This document shows, piece by piece, positions 9,246 through 21,600 of a DNA stretch of 64,000 nucleotides. The notes under the pieces were generated by a model. The model had not been told where the DNA came from and made no database searches. It saw only the letters and a program-made list of their open reading frames with translations. Made by a program: the position numbers and the translations under genes. The stretch spans positions 26,794 to 90,793 of IMG/VR virus record IMGVR_UViG_3300046171_000110. One strand, written 5' to 3'. This DNA comes from a virus. How positions within the stretch are numbered: position 1 is the stretch's first letter; each line of letters opens with the position of its first letter.

Positions 9246-9485
9246 TTATCTTCCTAACTTCTCAGCCATTTGTCTGAGATAACGGGACAAGCGACCATTG
9301 GCCTTCTTGGACAAGGGTTCAGCCTTGCGCTTACGAACACCCTTGAATCCAAGTTGGCCGTGGAACCTTATGTAGCCACAGAAGGAACACTCGTGTAATA
9401 CCACAGGCTCACCTGTCAGGTATTTCCCTGAGATTGTCAAAGGTAGTGAGAGTCTGTTACAGTTCTCGCACTTATGCCTAAGCAT
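9246..9485 (-). CDS. Zn-ribbon protein with basic C-terminus
   Basis: CENC...CSFCG; start at ATG 9485 or a GTG about 18 nt upstream; last gene of the tail run. Confidence 0.65.
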   Translation of the reverse strand: MLRHKCENCNRLSLPLTISGKYLTGEPVVLHECSFCGYIRFHGQLGFKGVRKRKAEPLSKKANGRLSRYLRQMAEKLGR

Positions 9486-9507
9486 CTCTACTAGTCTACC
9501 CACAACA

Positions 9508-10689
9508 TCAACCCTTGAACAACAGATGCCAGTCAGTGCCATCATAGACGAACCTCGCATATTGGCCGTTGGTTATATCAACGACGGCTGCCGCTGCGTT
9601 GTTGGTCTTAGCAGTGAACTTAGTGTCAAAAGAACCAGCGGTAGATATGTTCCTGACTTCTATGATATGCCCAGATGGGAAATCACCACTAGGAGTAAGT
9701 GTAGCGTCTGCACTACCACCGTTTGGATTTACTAAGAAAACATTTTCTTGGTCAAAGGTAAACGATACATTGGCTGTTAAAATAGATATTCTGTTTGGAC
9801 CAAGCACTACAGTTTCTGTAGAAGGAGTAGAGTGGACATTTCTAGGTATACCAGCGTAGATTACACCATGCTTTCCACTCGACCTATCTTCCCTATGACT
9901 ATGCCAAATACCAGCAAAAGGACTGCCTCCAAAGTCTCCGTTTTCAGGTGACGCAAAGAAGCCGTCTAAATCAGCAGCAGAGTTTACAGCGTTTGCTGTA
10001 GTCACATCTCCTATTGCTCCATCGGTCATAGGGGTCAGATACAGTGGACTGTTCCTCAAGAATGCCCTTCTGTCAAAGATGGTAGCATTTGCGCTCAGTG
10101 AAGCGTTGATGTTAGCCGCACCACCAGTTACGGTGTATCTCAATACCGCTAGTACAGTTGAGTTGTGGTTCAAATCAGTGTTCGTTGTGATACTTGGGTC
10201 TGATAAGAAGCGGTTGGGAATCAAAGGTGTACCCGCAGAAGCGGTGACTGGAGTTCCCATCTCATACATGAGGTGGGCTTCTGGTGAACTTCTACCAACC
10301 AAATAAATGACAACGAATACTTCACCACTTGAACTAGGTACGCTAGGTAGGTCGCCAGAAAAGTTAGTACTGGTGCCTATGGTGAATGCCTCTGTGCTTG
10401 CTGGACCGTTAGCGAACTTGTACATGATTCCATCAAGTACACAATAACCACCGTTGATAGTAACTACGCCACCACTTGATACTGTAACGAAACCGGGTGT
10501 ACCTGTTACGATACTGTTTCTCAAAGAGTCACCAGCAGCCCCGTCACCTAATCTGACGATACCGTTGCCATGCAACCCCTCGTAAAGATTGGTAAGACTA
10601 GGACTGGTAAGTCCGTCACCGTCTCTTAGTCCCTGTGAATTTGCACCGTAGCCTGTCGCACTTGTATGGCCTGCTTTTGGATTGGTCAT
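9508..10689 (-). CDS. Putative tail tip/fibre structural protein
   Basis: 393 aa, G/S/T/N-rich beta-type sequence; coupled to tail genes. Confidence 0.6.
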   Translation of the reverse strand: MTNPKAGHTSATGYGANSQGLRDGDGLTSPSLTNLYEGLHGNGIVRLGDGAAGDSLRNSIVTGTPGFVTVSSGGVVTINGGYCVLDGIMYKFANGPASTEAFTIGTSTNFSGDLPSVPSSSGEVFVVIYLVGRSSPEAHLMYEMGTPVTASAGTPLIPNRFLSDPSITTNTDLNHNSTVLAVLRYTVTGGAANINASLSANATIFDRRAFLRNSPLYLTPMTDGAIGDVTTANAVNSAADLDGFFASPENGDFGGSPFAGIWHSHREDRSSGKHGVIYAGIPRNVHSTPSTETVVLGPNRISILTANVSFTFDQENVFLVNPNGGSADATLTPSGDFPSGHIIEVRNISTAGSFDTKFTAKTNNAAAAVVDITNGQYARFVYDGTDWHLLFKG

Positions 10690-11048
10690 TGTCCCACCTC
10701 GATTATTGCTGAGAATTTAATTTCATTGTTAGCAGTCTTTTCTATAGAATTGTAAGTGTATCTACAGAAGTCAGTTGTGTCTGTAGAGTCAGTTGGATTC
10801 TTATATCTAATAACCACTTCTCTCAAAGGTAGCGTGAAACTCACATCTAATGACAGTTTTGCTTCAACCGACAGCGTGTTATCGTCTATAACCTTGACAT
10901 CGGGTGTAACGACCACTGCTGGCCTACCTATACCCCCATCCTGCTGGGTGGCGACTGTTCCGTCGAACCCAAACACTACTTCGTTTATTCTCGCTCTCAA
11001 TGTATCTATCAAAAATCTGGCTCCTTCATTTAGTACGGGCACTATCAT
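10686..11048 (-). CDS. Putative baseplate/fibre-attachment protein
   Basis: 120 aa beta protein (vFG.DGT..LREVV..IEKT) resembling phage fibre-anchoring domains; operon position. Confidence 0.5.
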   Translation of the reverse strand: MIVPVLNEGARFLIDTLRARINEVVFGFDGTVATQQDGGIGRPAVVVTPDVKVIDDNTLSVEAKLSLDVSFTLPLREVVIRYKNPTDSTDTTDFCRYTYNSIEKTANNEIKFSAIIEVGQ

Positions 11049-12697
11049 CCTCTCCTTGTCTTAGAATATTTAGTCTGAACAACGCCTATCTTGAGATAGT
11101 CGTTTCTGGATTCTGGTAAAGTGTCTGGCAGCAGGTACAGTTCTTCATTGTTTAACACTGGATGAACGCTTCTTGATTTGATAACAACTGTGGTCGCACC
11201 TATACTAGCAGCATGTATGTGACCAAGTTTGTTACCACTACTAGTATAGACTGCTTGGTTATCCGTAGTGAAAACACTGGTGGCATTTACTCCATCTACT
11301 GTAAAGGATGTCGTACCAATTGCATAACCACCTCCGTTGTTTATCAAAACACCTGTACTTTCTAGTCTACGACCTCCATGTATAGTGTCTCTGTTAGGCT
11401 GACCAAGATTAAATCCTACTCCTCTGTTAGAATCTACCCTTTCAGCGATTTGCCAACTGACCTTTATCTTCAAACCAAAAGATGTGCTGAATTCTTCGAC
11501 GCTAAACTGTCTATTCCTGTCAAAGTTGTCATCTAGCGTACTACTGATGTCTACTTCTTGGAATTTCTGCAAAACATCCTCAAGTGTACCGTCAACCGAG
11601 TTGACATGAAGGTCTGACTTGCGATTTATTAAATCATAAGTGCCGCTTAGCACTATTTTCTTCTCACTGTCGTGTCTAGCCTGATAACTTACCAAATCAC
11701 CGGGCTGAACGGCAGTTCCTGCCAAAACATCACTATATTTCTTAGAACCAGTGGCCTTTTTAGCCATTCTCAACATATTCTGACCTATTTTTCTGGCACT
11801 AGCCTTAGTTAGAGCAGTCGGAGCCGATATTCCACCCGGTACTTCGTTTACGGTGTCTACTTGAGTGCCAAAATCGTCTACTTGGACTACATTGTGGTCA
11901 TTATTAGCCCTCGACTTACCTCTAACTACCACTCTGTTAGGTACAGCGTCATTATTGTTCTCAGATGCACCCCCAGACACTCTATTTTCATTTAAGAAGT
12001 GCTCTCTTTCTACCTGAGTCTGAGGTACATAGAGCAAATTGCCAAATCTGTCGCCTCTAGGCGAGTAATAATCGTGCTTAGACAGATATCTGAGAGCAGT
12101 AATCGAATCAACACCGTAAAAGTCCATAGCCAAGAAAGTTCCACTGGGTGTAGCGGCCTTTATTCCGTTGATTGAACTCTTAGAGGAGTTACCTACCTTG
12201 ATTGCTAGGTCAGAAGTCCGTAGCCCTACTCCCACTTTCTGAGCAAAACGGATAGTTTTGTCAGTAAAGCCTAGGTCATGTAACTTTCTACCCTTCAAGT
12301 TCTCTATTCCGTACCTGTTACCCTTGTTTGATGTCTTGATTTCGGACATAACCAGTGCTTGGGTATGGTTCTCACTACCAACAGCCAGCGCAGGTAGCGT
12401 ACTAGTAGTGGTCACTTTGTCACCATCATAAAACAAAGAGCCTTCATAGGTCATACTGTCTGTCGGATTGTGAAGCAAACGGATAGTATCTTCTTCCTCG
12501 ATGAGTTTGTATCTGCGCTCAGGTGTAGGTATGAAGTCCGTTTTGGTAGGTTTGTTAGCCGCAAAGCCAGCCTTTACTTTGGTGTATTGGGCGTGGCGTA
12601 CAGCGTTATCAACAAAGCGTGGCTTACGAATCTTCTTCATCACAGTGTCCTGAGCAGCGTCTGCTCGACCTGTTGATTGATTCTTACCCAGTGCCAT
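11045..12697 (-). CDS. Putative tail hub/baseplate protein
   Basis: NRVVVRG, ARKIGQNML, VQPGDLV patterns typical of hub proteins; carries a C-terminal INNxGGY beta module. Confidence 0.55.
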   Translation of the reverse strand: MALGKNQSTGRADAAQDTVMKKIRKPRFVDNAVRHAQYTKVKAGFAANKPTKTDFIPTPERRYKLIEEEDTIRLLHNPTDSMTYEGSLFYDGDKVTTTSTLPALAVGSENHTQALVMSEIKTSNKGNRYGIENLKGRKLHDLGFTDKTIRFAQKVGVGLRTSDLAIKVGNSSKSSINGIKAATPSGTFLAMDFYGVDSITALRYLSKHDYYSPRGDRFGNLLYVPQTQVEREHFLNENRVSGGASENNNDAVPNRVVVRGKSRANNDHNVVQVDDFGTQVDTVNEVPGGISAPTALTKASARKIGQNMLRMAKKATGSKKYSDVLAGTAVQPGDLVSYQARHDSEKKIVLSGTYDLINRKSDLHVNSVDGTLEDVLQKFQEVDISSTLDDNFDRNRQFSVEEFSTSFGLKIKVSWQIAERVDSNRGVGFNLGQPNRDTIHGGRRLESTGVLINNGGGYAIGTTSFTVDGVNATSVFTTDNQAVYTSSGNKLGHIHAASIGATTVVIKSRSVHPVLNNEELYLLPDTLPESRNDYLKIGVVQTKYSKTRRG

Positions 12698-12699
12698 GT

Positions 12700-15600
12700 T
12701 CACTCCCCACTATGGTCCCCTGTATTATAAGATGCATCCCCTTTGCTGCCCTTTGGATGTAGCGTCTGGCTGTGTCTTGGCTGAACACTGTAATCACCCT
12801 CATCATCATCTATAGAACGACGACTTGCGTCGGCTCGGAAGTGCTCAAGGGTGTTTTCTGACATGACCATTCTGGCGACTGGGCTAGTGATATCTGACTT
12901 GTCGTAACCTGTGACATCGACACCGGGTATGTTCGGCCCTTGACTGACAGGCACAGTTGTACTGGTCGCTGGGTCTACTGTATAGACAGGTGCGTAAGGT
13001 GGGCTACTTGGTGTACCTGTTCTAGCACCCGGTGCATCACTAGTAAACATACCATACTTACCGCCAGCAGTAGCCCTGTAGAAGTTTGAGTTTTCTTGAG
13101 GGCTTCTATATTTCAGCGCTACATAAGACCTGAACATCTGACTGTGTTTGAAGTCAAGTCCAAACGCTGGTCTGTACAAGAATTGTATGTTGCTGTCAGA
13201 GTTATTTATGTTTTGAGATATAGGGTCGTGGTCATCATCTTGGTAAGGGTTGGAAGGGTTCCAAGTACTTTGAGATATACTGATATTATAACGAATACTT
13301 AGATAACCCTCTACTAAATTCATCTCGGCTTCTGTTAATTTTCTATTGTAGTGTATAACTTCCGCAATTTTACCTATTAATGGTGCGGAAACTGTACCTA
13401 ATGTACCTATACTTTGAGGGTCAGCAGTAGATTTGTAAAAATTAGGTGTTAAAGTTTGTACTGGTGTTCCATCAACTCTTAGCGTTTGTGCGGTTACAGT
13501 TCCACTTGCACCATTACCACCTTCTACAAACATAGTAAGTAAATCCGGTTGATTGAGAGTTATACTACCTACTGCTGATTTAGCCGCACTCCAAGATGTT
13601 TTCGCACCAGCCCAAAATTCCCATTGATTATTACCACCCGTCATGTCTGCGTACAAATTAAAACCCGACCTTGTAACAGGAGAGGAACTTCTACTTTCAT
13701 ATCCTAATTGATTAGCGTCATTATCATTAGTTACTGACATAACCATGAATATAGTAAATTCATTGGTGTTTAAATTAACATCAAAAGGAAGAGTTAGTTG
13801 GTCGCCACCATCAAAACTTAAACATGGTCTATTATTGAATGTTGCATCGGTGGCTACAAATGTTGGTTTCTTTGAAGCAGTAGTTTGTGTGAAATCTCTA
13901 CCGTCACCACTTTGGTCTTTCCATTCGGAAATAGCATCCCCGTTGTCTACATCAATAGAGTCGGCTCTCAGCCAAAGAGCCAAACCGTTTTGTGGTATCT
14001 GTTGACCCCACCCTTTGACATCTAGGTTACCAGCGTGTTTGTTCCAGTCCATCACATAAGTACCGCCAAGTGGCCACATAGCGTGTGCATCAGAGTGTTT
14101 GACGACACCAGTGACAGGAGCAGCGCTCCAATCAAGGGCAGTCATATCTAAGTCCTTGAGAGTTCTGCTTCCAAAGTTATATGCTCCTCTGATGTTAGTC
14201 CTTTGTCCAACTTCCCTATCTGTATGTAGACTATGGGCTTCTGTTGACATGACGATGTATTCTCTACTTACGCCGTCGTTTAGTTCAGCAATAGTATCTA
14301 CATCTAGCCCCAATCTGACATCATCTCTTGATACAGGCTCGGCACCTCTAGTATCTGCGTTGACAGTTTCGATGGCCTCACCAACATGTGCACTAGGCTT
14401 GAGTAACCCGTCATCGGAATCTAAGTCTACTCTATCGCTGATGCCTCTTTCGATTTCACCAGCCTGCAATGTCTCGTTGCTTGGTCTGACCAAACCTTGT
14501 CCGTAGACAGGTTCGGCTGTGTTACTTGATAGTACAAGTCCAGTAGCGTCATGATTTTCGCTGACAGCCATAAGTAGACTTTCGTTGAAGACTGTAGGCC
14601 ATCTACAGCCTCTACCGTCTCCTCGGTCACCGACTCTCAGCATACTTGCTGGATTAAACCAGTCAACGGTTCCCATGTTGGTGCCGTCGTTATTGACTGT
14701 ATTCGCATTACCACTTTGTCTGTCATTACCGTCGCCACCAAACAAACCATTTGCAGCGGGTCTGTGAGTGACATTCGTATCTTTGTAAGCATCTTCTGGG
14801 TCCCAAGAAGGCCGTAGCCCGAATCCTCTTACAGGGAAACGCCTGACATCTTCACCGCGAGTGTTGCCCCACCAGTCGACCATGTAATGTCTGTGGGCTT
14901 GCGACAACTCTTCGATACCTTGTCCTTCTTCATCATTAGGGAAGAAACGAGTTACAGTAGATGCATTTCTTGCAGTTCTAACTGGGCAACCAAACGGCCC
15001 TGTCATTCTTCTACCATCACTGTATCTGACCTGACGACCAAGTTGGTCTTGTCCAAGTAGACTAGAAACTTGCGTTATTCTCTCAAGTATACCTACATAC
15101 AGTGCATTGAAATCGACATCTGTTTGACCGCTGATACTACCTACATAATCCCAGCCATTTGTCTTAGAATCTTGTTGGATTAGCGGCCCGTTGTAGTATC
15201 CAAGCATAGCGTTTGAATTGGCTACTTCTAACCAACCACGAATGTAAGGAGACCACCTTGGTCTGTTATACAGTTGCCTAACCGCCATTCTATAACCAAA
15301 ACATCTGTTTCTATCGTTGGGCAAAGATAGCGTAGCAACTCCAGTTGAGTCTTGATATGTCTCACAGTCCATGCCAAAGGTATCACTACCCCAACCCATT
15401 AGTGAATGCCCATATGATTCGAGTCTACTAACAGCACCTGCACCGTGGCTTCCACCCGGCCAAAATCCAAAGAAATTGTATTTGTTGGAGCCGACTGTAC
15501 CTCCTTGATGCGTCAGGGCTGAATCAGCGTCGATTTCTGAAGCGGTGAACGCTTCACCCGTCCCTTCCCTTAGAGTGCTCGTTGAAATACTGATTTCCAT

Positions 15601-18600
15601 GATTGGGAAACGATTAGTGGTACTGGCTCCGTCTACTCCGTTGACAGTTGATGGACTTGGGTTGTTAGACATCTTACTGTCATCAATAACACCGTAAAGA
15701 GTAGAAACATACAATTTTGTCCCATCGTCACTCCAATCAATACCCGAAATCCAAGGAGTAGCATCACTGCCGGATTGAGAAACCGAAGCGCTTTTGTTAA
15801 GGAAATAAGTACGCAAATCAAGCGTCACATCCAAACTGAAAGTAGAGGTGTCATAAGGTGTAGACAGAGTGTACTCTCGAACATAACCGCCCGCCCCACT
15901 CAACCACATCTTTGTACCGTCCGAATTGAACAGTACATCGCTGATTGTATTTGCACTAATTGAAGCAGAACTACCTTCTGAATCACCACTCGCTACAACA
16001 TAAGCAGTGGTTGTAGTGAATTGTCGTAAGGCAGAACCATAAGCCATGTAGTACTTACTACCGTCGTTGTTCCATGCTACGGCCCTTACTCTGCTACCAC
16101 CCGATGACTTTTGCGAACCGTTGAGTGAAATAGTTGTCAGGTCAAACGGCGTGCGAAGTGTGGCACTTCGCACACCTGCGCCGTGGAAGTTAGCAATTAT
16201 CATCTTGGTACCAGTCGGGTCAATGTCAAAGCCGTCACAACTGTTAATATCGGAATCACCTATACCTGAACTCTGTTGGTCGTATGTACCATTGGTATTT
16301 GCAATGTCAATTTTAGAGAAAAGAATGTTGTCCGTATCGTAGTCGTTGTTGTTACCACGGTTAGAAGTAATGATGTCATCTCCCACTACACGAATTCCTG
16401 TCATCCATGTGGTCGTGTTTGCAATCTGTTGGAAGTTAATACCTACACGGTTGGCAGTAATCCCTACCGAATTGGATACGGCTTGTAGTGAATATGAGTC
16501 AGTCTCGATGACGGGTGGCTTAATCCACTTCATACCTAGCGCAAACGGACCCTTACTAGCGACATAATTGAAATCATGATAATGTATAGTCTCGAAATGC
16601 TCTGGTACATGGTTGTACGGTTTTTGGTCTACAGGTGTATCAGCGGTACCTGCTTTGGTATAAATAGCCCTAGAAGAGTCGTCGCTGTACCAAGTAAATG
16701 GTCTACCTAGATTAGGGTGCCACATACAAAGGAAAGCGTCAGCAGGATGTAAGGAATTAGTATCTCTACTACCGTTAGCCAGTTGAGGTAAGTTTCTCGT
16801 CAGTAGGCTTGTTTCCGAATCTAAGTAAAGTGCGTCAGAAATATCATTATCGTAAGGTCTACTTAACTTCAATATAATTTCTTCACTAGTGTTTATATTT
16901 GCCCAGAAACCAGTAGTTATTTCTGTAACTCCGTCGAATGCTGCTGTTGCACCTAGGCTTCCTGTAGCAAGTGTACCTCTAACATCTGTGTAAGAAGCAG
17001 TATATCTTTTACCGTCTCTTGTATATTCTAATACTTCTCCGTAATAAGGATAAACAGGGAACAAGTCAGCGTTGTCTACCAATATTTCGCCGGAGCGTAC
17101 TTCTGCATAAAGCACTACGCAGTGAGGGTTCAAACTTCTGACTCTCTTATGCGGTTCGTATATGTCAAGGAAAGATGTAGGGTATCCGGCCAAAGTAATC
17201 TGAGCGCCAACGGCACCGTAACCTGCTCTACACAACTCGTAATAATTATCAGGTTTATACCACTCAAGGTGTTTGAATTTGCTCGCACCACTAGCAGTCG
17301 CACCGTCTTTGTGCAGTATACTCCACCATGGTATGGTCAAGGTTCTACCCGGAGTAGAACTTACAAACATACCCGGCCTGTAAGGTAGGCTTCTTCTAGT
17401 AAAGGAAGGGCTGGTAGATTCTTGTACACCAAGTGGATTGTAAAGTGCCAAAGGCGGAAGAGAAGCAAACTGACTGCCGGGGTCGGGGTCAATATCCAAT
17501 ATGACTTCGTTAAGTATTACTTCACATCCTCTTACATCGGCCATCATAGCCTCGGCTAAGATAAGTGCATAAGCACCTCTGGTGTCGACATTCTTTTCTA
17601 TGGCAATAACTGTGTTAACTTGCTGACCTGTCAGTTCAGTTACCTTTGCACCAGCCTCGCTAGGTGCCTTTATAGCGTCACTATGATTTTGATGGAAACC
17701 TTGTAACTGTTGCTTAAACACATTCGGCTGAATGATAATCTGGTAAGAACCTACTTCCAGCGGGTCTGGGAAGTGATTGTTCATAGTGTATGTAGCCGCT
17801 GCTTCGAGAACAAGCGTATGCCCTCCTGCTGCGTTTATGTCACCTGCGTCAGTACCTACACTGGCTGCTATACCGTATCCTTCATACTTTAGTTTGGTCT
17901 CGGTAAGTAGCGTAAACGCACCACCGTGTATGTCACTTGGTCCATACGCTGCACTCGCTGCTGAAAACCACAACAACGGGTCTCTAGTAAATCCTTTAGT
18001 GGTTACATCTTCTGAATCCAAACCTAGTCTACTCGCTTCTATAGTCCCAATCAAGTCACTGTCAAAGGGAGAATAACTAGAACTTTTACAAGCAGTGTGT
18101 AAGTCGTATATTCTTTGATAAGCAGGGTGAGCATAATGTCCGGGCATCAATGCCATGCTCGGAGTGACATAGTGGTGACCCATTCTTGGTATAGGCATAG
18201 GTGTCATTTTTGGTGCGCTGATTGCAGAGTGCGGAGTCTTAGCAGCACTTCCTAATAACTCTGAGTTATTAGTAGGTAGAGCGCTATACATCCCATGCCA
18301 ATTTATTTTTTGCATATCTGGACTTGCACCACTATACTCACTGTGGTCTCTTAGTCTGCGAGCAGCAAACATTCTTGTTGTTCCAGCAGGGACATAATAA
18401 GAAGGAGTAACTTTCAATCCAGTCTTACCAGTTACAAATGACTTAAATTCAGGTGATACTACAACACCTGTGAATTTATTTGTACCCTTACCTGTATAAG
18501 ATGCAATTACACCTTTGTCAGTAGTAGGGTCGTAAACTCTTAGGAAGTATCTACTGCCGCTTTGTTCACTTGTGTCTACCCAAGTAGTATCTTCGGGAGT

Positions 18601-21600
18601 AGAGTCAACATCAATCTCATTGTTAGTTTCGTCGTAAGCAGTAAATGACAACTCATCTAAATCGTACCGATGTGTCATAGTTGCCCCCATTCTGGTTACA
18701 TGGAAATACAAAGACCTGTCGTGAGGTTCAAATGAAGACTTGAGAGGGTTGTTGTCGGTGTGGTCATGCCAACCTTCTTTGTTAGAAGCAGGGAACTTTA
18801 ACCTACTGTTGGCTTGAGCCAACGAGATATCGTCGCTATCTTGACTGAGGTGTTCCCAACCATTGTTTTCCCATGTCGGCCAAACTCTTGGTCCAGCATA
18901 TTCATGGTCGAACATTTGTCTTATCTGGGTTATATTTTGAGCAGGATGATGCAGACCGCCAGAACCAATCGTTTCGTTTTGATAAGCCTGTATTCTGTCA
19001 AATCCTGACCTAATTACGATGTTACCCGGTACTTCGTCTGGATTTGGTAATCTAATTTTGAGATTTGGATTTACACCAGCACCGGCTAGAGCAGGTGCTA
19101 AGCCTTCTATTTCTCTGTCACTAATGTGCCTAAAGTCCATAATGACAGTACCGAAAGGAGAGCCGCCTTCTATCCTGTGCTCTTGACCTGTGTCGTCAAT
19201 TACTTTTACGCTGTCAAACTGTAAATGCTCGTTTGGTATAAGTAAGGCATTTCTTACTTCAAGAGGATGCTGCTCTGCCAACTGAGGATGCCCTAGTTCC
19301 TGTGCTTGGATGATTGGGAACATAGCGGCATTTGTAGTCTCAAAACTAAATCTTACATTACCAAGTATTTTTTCTCCTACTAGTTTGTAATCGGTAGCAC
19401 TGCTATCTTTTCTTTTAACCCAAGGAATCATACCAAGACCTCTAGCATTAACAGCAGGCATGGTTAGACTACCGCCATCCATACGCTTCCAAACGACATG
19501 TTCAGGTAGGAAATTTCTTGCTGCGCTTCTCTTGTTGTAATAACCAAACAAACCAGTATGACCTTGGTTAGCGGCTGAATCTAAGTAGTGGTCTTGTCCA
19601 GTTATACCAACGCACTCGGTAGCATAAGTACCTGCATACTCTGACAATGTATTACTCGGTAACAAACTTTCATCCCAAAACAAATCACCTGTAGGATATC
19701 TACAAGCGTTGGCTCTTACCATGTCGCCGCTTTGGAAAGCCCTGTGCCACTTATTGTCAGCCGGTAAAGCGTTTCCAGCAGGGTAATCTCCAGCGACCAC
19801 TGGGACAAACTGACTGCTGTGTATCTGTACTTCTACATGAGGACCAGCAGTAGCGGGTCCGACATATCGGTCTTTGTTGTGAACTTTTCCGGTATCCCAA
19901 GCAATTGTTCCAACGCCGTTACTGCTATCTGTTTGGTTGGCAATCAGTAAATCACCTGTACAAGTTGTTCCGTTACGGTCAGCCTTGGCAATCAAAGGTA
20001 ATTCACTTTCGTGACTAATCACAATCAAGTGCCTACTGGCTAAACCAGTAACACAATAATCAGATGTAAATGTATTAGCAGCAGTTTCTCCAGTAACAGT
20101 TACAGGTGCAGAGCCAGTCAAACAAGTCTCTGCTGCGCCGTATGGGTTGAAGCCTAAGAAAGGATGCCAAGCACCCAATCCAGCAGCGTAAGTATTACTA
20201 CCCAAATCTAATGAGTTAAAGTAAGAATATCTCTCACCATGCCACCCTACTGCACCCACTGGTCTAGTCCGGTCTACAGCGTCAACAAATCCACTAAAGT
20301 GAACCTGACACATGTGGTCTCTTGAAGTGTTAGCCGAATCGTTATTATGCCTATGAGTTCCTGCCTTTGTCCAAACATAAGCCTCGTAAGTCACTCTGCT
20401 GTCATAAGTAAATGCGCTACTGTCATCAGGGTTAATTAAATTAGTAGAGCCTCCATCAGGACTCTTTGCTAATGTCAAAGTCAAGTTGGGTGAAGAATAT
20501 GATGTACTTATGTAAGGAGCATAATGGGCATCAGTGCCGTCGCTAACTCTTACCCACCCGTAATTTGGTAACTTGTCATAACTACCGTCTATAACTAAAC
20601 TAGCAGGAGTGCCTCCGCTTTCAGCAGTGTAAGAAACAATAGAAGCCTTAACCCAACCATATCTATCTTGCTTGTGAGCGTTTTGCATAGAAGGCATAAA
20701 TGTACCACCCATTGCCTTAAGGGGGTCTTTACCGGGGAATGTGTTGATTGATGCGCTGATAATTGTAGCCAACTCTTCTGCGTTTTGAACACGAGTTGCG
20801 TCGACAATCACTATGTTTTCATTGACTACCTGATTAGTAGGGGTTTCTCCATAGAAGGCTAAGTAAGCCTGTGCTAACAAACCACAGGGTCTGAATGCAG
20901 ATACATTGTGAGCAGCACCGCTACCAGTATCTAGTCTTACCCCTAGAGGGTGATTAGGGTTTTTACTTACACAGTTGTCTAAGAAGTGACCGCCCGGATG
21001 ATATCCACCATCCATATGCCATACGACAGCAGATTTTCTTGTAGTTAAATGACTAGAACTACCTACCGCATTACTACTTATGTCACTAAATACATGGTTA
21101 AATGGATGATAATGCTTAGGTAAGTTAGCAGTGGTGGCTACGCTACCATCGTAATAGAAAGCCTTAGTATTGACTTGGTTGTAATTTTTAGTAGTACTGG
21201 CATCTTCTGATGGGAAACCTTTGGTAGGTTGCCAATTCATGACATAGTTAAATCCAGTTTCATTGTTTTTCTGGAAGAAGGTAGTCATAGGTAAGTGAGC
21301 CTCGGCGCTACCTCTGTTGAAACCACTGTGCTCAGTCGAGTCACCGTTAGCCAACTGATTAGGCAAGAAGGTATCTTTAGTAGCATCGCTATTGAAATGA
21401 ATAGGGACTGCGCTGTAGCCGTTACCTAGTGTAACTATACGAGAGCCTTGTGGTTCATGCGCTGCTGTGTTGTGTGGGAAAGCCTGACCGGGGCCAAATA
21501 CCATGTAGGTAGTATGGTCTGTGACATCTCCTGACGGACTATATCTAGCGTGAGGATGAGCAAATCTCAAGACAATAGGGCTAGGAATGTTTGCGTTGAC

